The notes beneath the pieces are model-generated. The model did no database searches, was not told where the DNA came from, and worked only from the letters and a program-made list of their open reading frames with translations. From the NCBI GenBank assembly GCA_947378465.1, contig CANCJZ010000001.1, positions 1 through 43,953 on the forward strand: 43,953 nt of DNA, in the 5' to 3' direction. The DNA is from Flavobacteriaceae bacterium. GTDB lineage: Bacteria > Bacteroidota > Bacteroidia > Flavobacteriales > Flavobacteriaceae. Shown piece by piece: positions 40,256-43,953 of this stretch (position 1 is the stretch's first letter; each line of letters opens with the position of its first letter). Both the position numbers and the translations under genes were made by a program.

Positions 40256-41509
40256 TTAGAATAATTTTGATGCAATAGAATAATTAATTTCTTCGCAAGC
40301 AGTGATGTATGATTTGTATATTTTGTTCATTGAGATGATGCTTTGGTTGTAACTTTCCAAGAAGTCGGTGAACTCAAGCATGCTGATGTTTCTTTTGGAA
40401 AAGTTGTTATATACCCCGTCGTACACTGTTTTTAGGTTTTCGGGAACAGGGCTTTTAATCTTTTCGAAGCTGTTTTTTTGCTCTACATATTTCAAGTAAG
40501 CTGATTTGACATCGTTATTTATTTCAACGATTTGTTGCTTCTTTTGAGCATCAGCTTGCGTGATTAATAATTTGGCAATTTTGATGTTTCCTTTGTTTTT
40601 ATTCCAAAGAGGTAATGGCAATCCGATGGTTAAATCTGTTTGATTATTGAAGGCACCACCACGTTGATCGTAAGCTGCTCCTAAAGTAAGGTCAGGAATG
40701 CTTAAGGATTTTTGATATTTCAAATTCCAATTGTTGGCTTCGATGATTTTTTCAGCCTTTTGTAAATCAGGACGATTTTCAATGGCAATTTTTTGCAATT
40801 CATCAATTTTAGTAGTGATAGGTTTTTGATAAATCGCTATTTCTTGATCAGTAGGAGTAGGTAAGATGTCGATGTTTTTCTCGCTTGATAATAAGGTTTC
40901 AAGATTTCGTCTGTTTTCGATGATTTCGGTCATCAATTCATTTCGATCCGTTTGAAGACTAAGGAATAAGTTTTGCAAACGCACTTGGTCTTTTAATGCG
41001 ACATTGCCTTTTTGGGTTTGAACAGAATAAGCATCGATCAGTGTTTTAAGACTTTCCAATTGCTTGTCAATCTCTTTGATGGATTGGGCATCATAATAGA
41101 TAGCAAAGAAATTCTGACGCAACTGAAATTTTAAATCGCGGAGCAACATATTGAAATCGAGCTCGGCGATTTTGGTATTTGTTTTGGCCAATTCAATTTG
41201 ATTTTTCCGTTGACCACCAATATGGATTAATTGTTGAATATAACCTGCCTTTTCACCGTCAGTTCCGGCGTTAAAATACTTTTTCTCGGAGTTGGGCGAC
41301 CAAGCGTTGACTTCAAAACCAAAACTAGGGTTGTCCCAGATTTTAGCCTGTAGCACTTGCGCTTGAGCTGCATCGATATTATAATGATTGGCGAGGAGGT
41401 AAAGATTGTTCTTTAGGAATTGATTTTCACATTCTTGTAAGGTCATTGGATTTTGTGAAAACAATAAGCTAGAGAAGAGTAGTAATGTGATAATTATTTT
41501 GGTCTTCAT
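40256..41509 (-). CDS. TolC family outer membrane protein (set 1)
   Basis: Signal peptide from ATG 41509; ENRPDL, LPLPLWNKNKGNI. Confidence 0.92.
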   Translation of the reverse strand: MKTKIIITLLLFSSLLFSQNPMTLQECENQFLKNNLYLLANHYNIDAAQAQVLQAKIWDNPSFGFEVNAWSPNSEKKYFNAGTDGEKAGYIQQLIHIGGQRKNQIELAKTNTKIAELDFNMLLRDLKFQLRQNFFAIYYDAQSIKEIDKQLESLKTLIDAYSVQTQKGNVALKDQVRLQNLFLSLQTDRNELMTEIIENRRNLETLLSSEKNIDILPTPTDQEIAIYQKPITTKIDELQKIAIENRPDLQKAEKIIEANNWNLKYQKSLSIPDLTLGAAYDQRGGAFNNQTDLTIGLPLPLWNKNKGNIKIAKLLITQADAQKKQQIVEINNDVKSAYLKYVEQKNSFEKIKSPVPENLKTVYDGVYNNFSKRNISMLEFTDFLESYNQSIISMNKIYKSYITACEEINYSIASKLF

Positions 41510-41548
41510 TTTTTGGTAATTTACGGAGTACAAAAGTCGTACGATGTT

Positions 41549-41586
41549 CTTAAAAGTATTTTAACTTAACCTTAAAAAAAACTTAA
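41549..41586. promoter_or_regulatory. Putative OmpR/PhoB-type response-regulator operator
   Basis: (c/t)TTAA at 41549, 41560, 41571 and 41582, an exact 11-bp period, upstream of the efflux operon. Confidence 0.45.
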
Positions 41587-42953
41587 ATCGAGAAAGTAAC
41601 CTCGAAAACATTGGTGTTAGGTTGGATGGATCGATAGGCAATTGTTGCATTGTGATAGTCTAAAATTCGTTTCACAATTGGAAGTCCTAAACCTGAACCG
41701 TGGATGTTATTAGAGTTAGAACCTCTCATAAACGGTTCGAAGAGTTTGTTTTGTTCTTCTTGGGAAATGATTTCCCCTTCGTTGAAAATACTCACCATTA
41801 AAATAGTGGCACTAATTTGATTGATGGTAATTGTTGCGGTATCGTTGGAAGAGTACAACAAAGCATTTTTGAGTAAGTTGGTAAATGCAATAAGTAATAA
41901 GGAATGAATTCCAGAAACTTCCATTGCATTTTCATATTCATCGGATGCAAGGATTTCGAAATTGAGATAAAAATTAGTATTGATTTTTTTAACAATTTCG
42001 TTGGCTTCGAAGATGGTTTCGTCGATACGAACGGTTTCGAACTTTTTGCCCATTTCCTCTTTGTTGACTTTGGCTAAAAGCAAGAGGGAATTGATCAAAT
42101 CGGCAATTTGATGGATATCATTATTGATGCTATTAAGATAATTGAGCGTGGTTTCGGAATGTTGTTCGGTATGAATAATGTTTTCCAACTGAAATGCGAT
42201 TCGGGTAAGCGGGGTGTATAATTCGTGCGAAGCATTGGAAGTAAACTCCCGTTGTGTGCTGAACGAATTTTCCAAACGGGTAAGCATTTGATTGAAGGCC
42301 TTGGTCAGTAGGTTGATTTCGTTTTTGCTGTTGTTCTCTTGTAAATGGAGGTTTAATTCATTAGCGGATATGGAAGTAATTTGCTGTTGAAAAACATCGA
42401 GTGGGTTGAGGAGTTTTTTGATAAAATAATAAGTAAAGGTCCAAATCAAAGCGATGCTTATCAGAAAGGTAATAATTAAGGAGTAGAACAGGTATTCCAT
42501 TTTAGAATAACCGTATTTGTCTTCAGCGGAAATTAATACATAGTAGTCACCTTGTTCAAAAGGGAACATAATGCCGAGTAGTTCCTTGCCATTTTGTTCT
42601 TTGAATAGTGGTTTTTTGTTGTTTAGTTTGACGAGGTCGGCTTTGGTCCAATTGATTGCAGTATTCTTATCAATACTGCTGTAAATTAGTTTGTAATCGG
42701 CATCAAAAATGAGGGTTTTCTCATTGTAAAGTTTGTTGATGGTATTGTGATCGATAAGTTTGAGGAGTTGTTTGTCGATTTCCTTGACTTCGATAAGCAA
42801 TTTAGCGGTGGTCAGGGCCTTTTCTTCAAGGCGTTCTTTGAATTCTTCCTTTCGGAAATTGGAAAAACTGATATAAATAAAGGTGGCTGCCAGTCCAAAA
42901 AGAATGGAAAAGGCGAGTGCGATATTAACGGCGACTTTTCTTTTTAAGGTCAT
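41583..42953 (-). CDS. HAMP-domain sensor histidine kinase
   Basis: Two TMs, HAMP, ASHELYTPL H-box, NLLKNA, GSGLGLPIV. Confidence 0.95.
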   Translation of the reverse strand: MTLKRKVAVNIALAFSILFGLAATFIYISFSNFRKEEFKERLEEKALTTAKLLIEVKEIDKQLLKLIDHNTINKLYNEKTLIFDADYKLIYSSIDKNTAINWTKADLVKLNNKKPLFKEQNGKELLGIMFPFEQGDYYVLISAEDKYGYSKMEYLFYSLIITFLISIALIWTFTYYFIKKLLNPLDVFQQQITSISANELNLHLQENNSKNEINLLTKAFNQMLTRLENSFSTQREFTSNASHELYTPLTRIAFQLENIIHTEQHSETTLNYLNSINNDIHQIADLINSLLLLAKVNKEEMGKKFETVRIDETIFEANEIVKKINTNFYLNFEILASDEYENAMEVSGIHSLLLIAFTNLLKNALLYSSNDTATITINQISATILMVSIFNEGEIISQEEQNKLFEPFMRGSNSNNIHGSGLGLPIVKRILDYHNATIAYRSIQPNTNVFEVTFSI

Positions 42954-43630
42954 TTTTCAGCACTTAAATAATAACCAAAACCTGGACGTGTATGGATTAA
43001 TTTATCTGGATGTTCCTTGTCGATTTTCTTTCTAAGGAAGTTGATGTACACTTCAATAGTGTTCAGGTTGCTGTCGAAATGGACATCCCATATTTGCTCG
43101 GCAATAGCGTGTTTCGAAAGGGTTCTTCCGTTGGCTTTGGCAAGGATTAATAGGAGTTGGTATTCTTTAGGGGTAAGATCAATAGTAACATTATTGCGTT
43201 TTACTTTTAAATCAATGGTGTTGATTTCAAGATCTTTTATTTTGATAATATCATTTGACTCTTGGGGATTGGAGCTTCGGCGTAGTAAGGCTAAAATACG
43301 AACATATAATTCGTCAAAATGAAATGGCTTCACTAAGTAATCGTCGGCACCCATATTGAAAGCATCCATTTTGTCCTGAATGTCACGGTAAGCGGTAAGC
43401 ATTAATATGGGGGTGTTTTTATCCGTTTCGCGAATTTTTTTACATACATCTAAGCCGTTGAATTTTGGAACATTGATGTCTAAAAGGTAAATGTCGTAAG
43501 TGTTAAGTTTTTGTTGTCGGAAAAATAATTCACCATCAAAAACCGCATCACACTCAATATCCATAGAGTTAAGAAAGTTAATAACCTCTTTGGAAAGGAT
43601 TAAATCATCTTCAAGTAGTATCGCTTTCAT
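42950..43630 (-). CDS. OmpR-family response regulator
   Basis: LLEDD, LLDINVP, GADDYLVKPF; winged helix LTPKEY...IEVYINFLRKKID...GFGY. Confidence 0.96.
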   Translation of the reverse strand: MKAILLEDDLILSKEVINFLNSMDIECDAVFDGELFFRQQKLNTYDIYLLDINVPKFNGLDVCKKIRETDKNTPILMLTAYRDIQDKMDAFNMGADDYLVKPFHFDELYVRILALLRRSSNPQESNDIIKIKDLEINTIDLKVKRNNVTIDLTPKEYQLLLILAKANGRTLSKHAIAEQIWDVHFDSNLNTIEVYINFLRKKIDKEHPDKLIHTRPGFGYYLSAEK

Positions 43631-43680
43631 AGTGTTACATTTTTAAGCGTAAAAGTAAAAGTTATTTGTGATATGTATGT

Positions 43681-43953
43681 TAAATTCCAATATTTAAATT
43701 CCAAATTCCAACACTTTGGGGAGATTCCAATAAAATTAAATTCCAAATTCCAATGATAAGGTTTTAAATTCCAATGTTTAAATTCCAAATTCCAACACTT
43801 TGGGGAGATTCCAATAAATTAAACTTCCAAATTTCTCTGTTTAGGCTTTAAATTCCAATATTTAAATTCCAAATTCCAACACTTTGGGGAGATTCCAATA
43901 AATTAAACTTCCAAATTTCTATGTTTAGGCTTTAAATTTCAAAGTTTAAATTC
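43681..43953. repeat. 84-bp tandem repeat (3.25 copies visible) built from AAATTCC heptamers
   Basis: Units start at 43681, 43765, 43849 and 43933; shared core aaattccaaattccaacactttggggagattccaata; runs off the window end. Confidence 0.92.

Noticed and set aside
4376-43322. Numerous short antisense or alternate-frame ORFs within nusA, infB, act/cox, MBOAT and efflux genes
   Set aside because: Shadow ORFs of well-supported genes with no recognisable motifs.
21373-43630. Shift to more G/C-ending codons as evidence of a genomic island
   Set aside because: It includes housekeeping ruvB and queG and can be explained by expression-level codon bias; no integrase, tRNA or flanking repeats.
43681-43953. 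CRISPR array interpretation of the 84-bp repeat (and of the 21-bp arrays)
   Set aside because: Intervening parts are near-identical rather than unique spacers, periods do not fit, and no cas genes are in the window.

Overview
AT-rich Bacteroidota DNA, most likely Flavobacterium, judged from the rimP-nusA-infB order, the actABCDEF-coxBA operon, T9SS cargo proteins and TAnnTTTG promoters. Core blocks are usp, rimP-nusA-infB, a SPOR protein, alternative complex III plus aa3 oxidase subunits II/I, ruvB and queG. Accessory blocks are an SGNH-MBOAT-SGNH O-acetylation cluster with a glucosaminidase, and a two-component system preceding two tandem CzcCBA-like efflux sets containing a DUF190 gene. The most interesting signal is at 1-2160 and is invisible in the ORF track: a decayed integron-like platform on the minus strand. 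It consists of a pseudogenised tyrosine-recombinase C-terminus co-oriented with the array, a promoter and hairpin attI-like site, one cassette carrying T9SS-secreted genes bounded by 14/15 complementary GTT/AAC ends, and an attC-like hairpin cut at its GTT core by an IS1182-like remnant. Four unrelated intergenic arrays with a strict 21-bp period and an 84-bp (4x21) heptamer-built repeat also occur. All family assignments are from motif recognition by eye; no searches were run.
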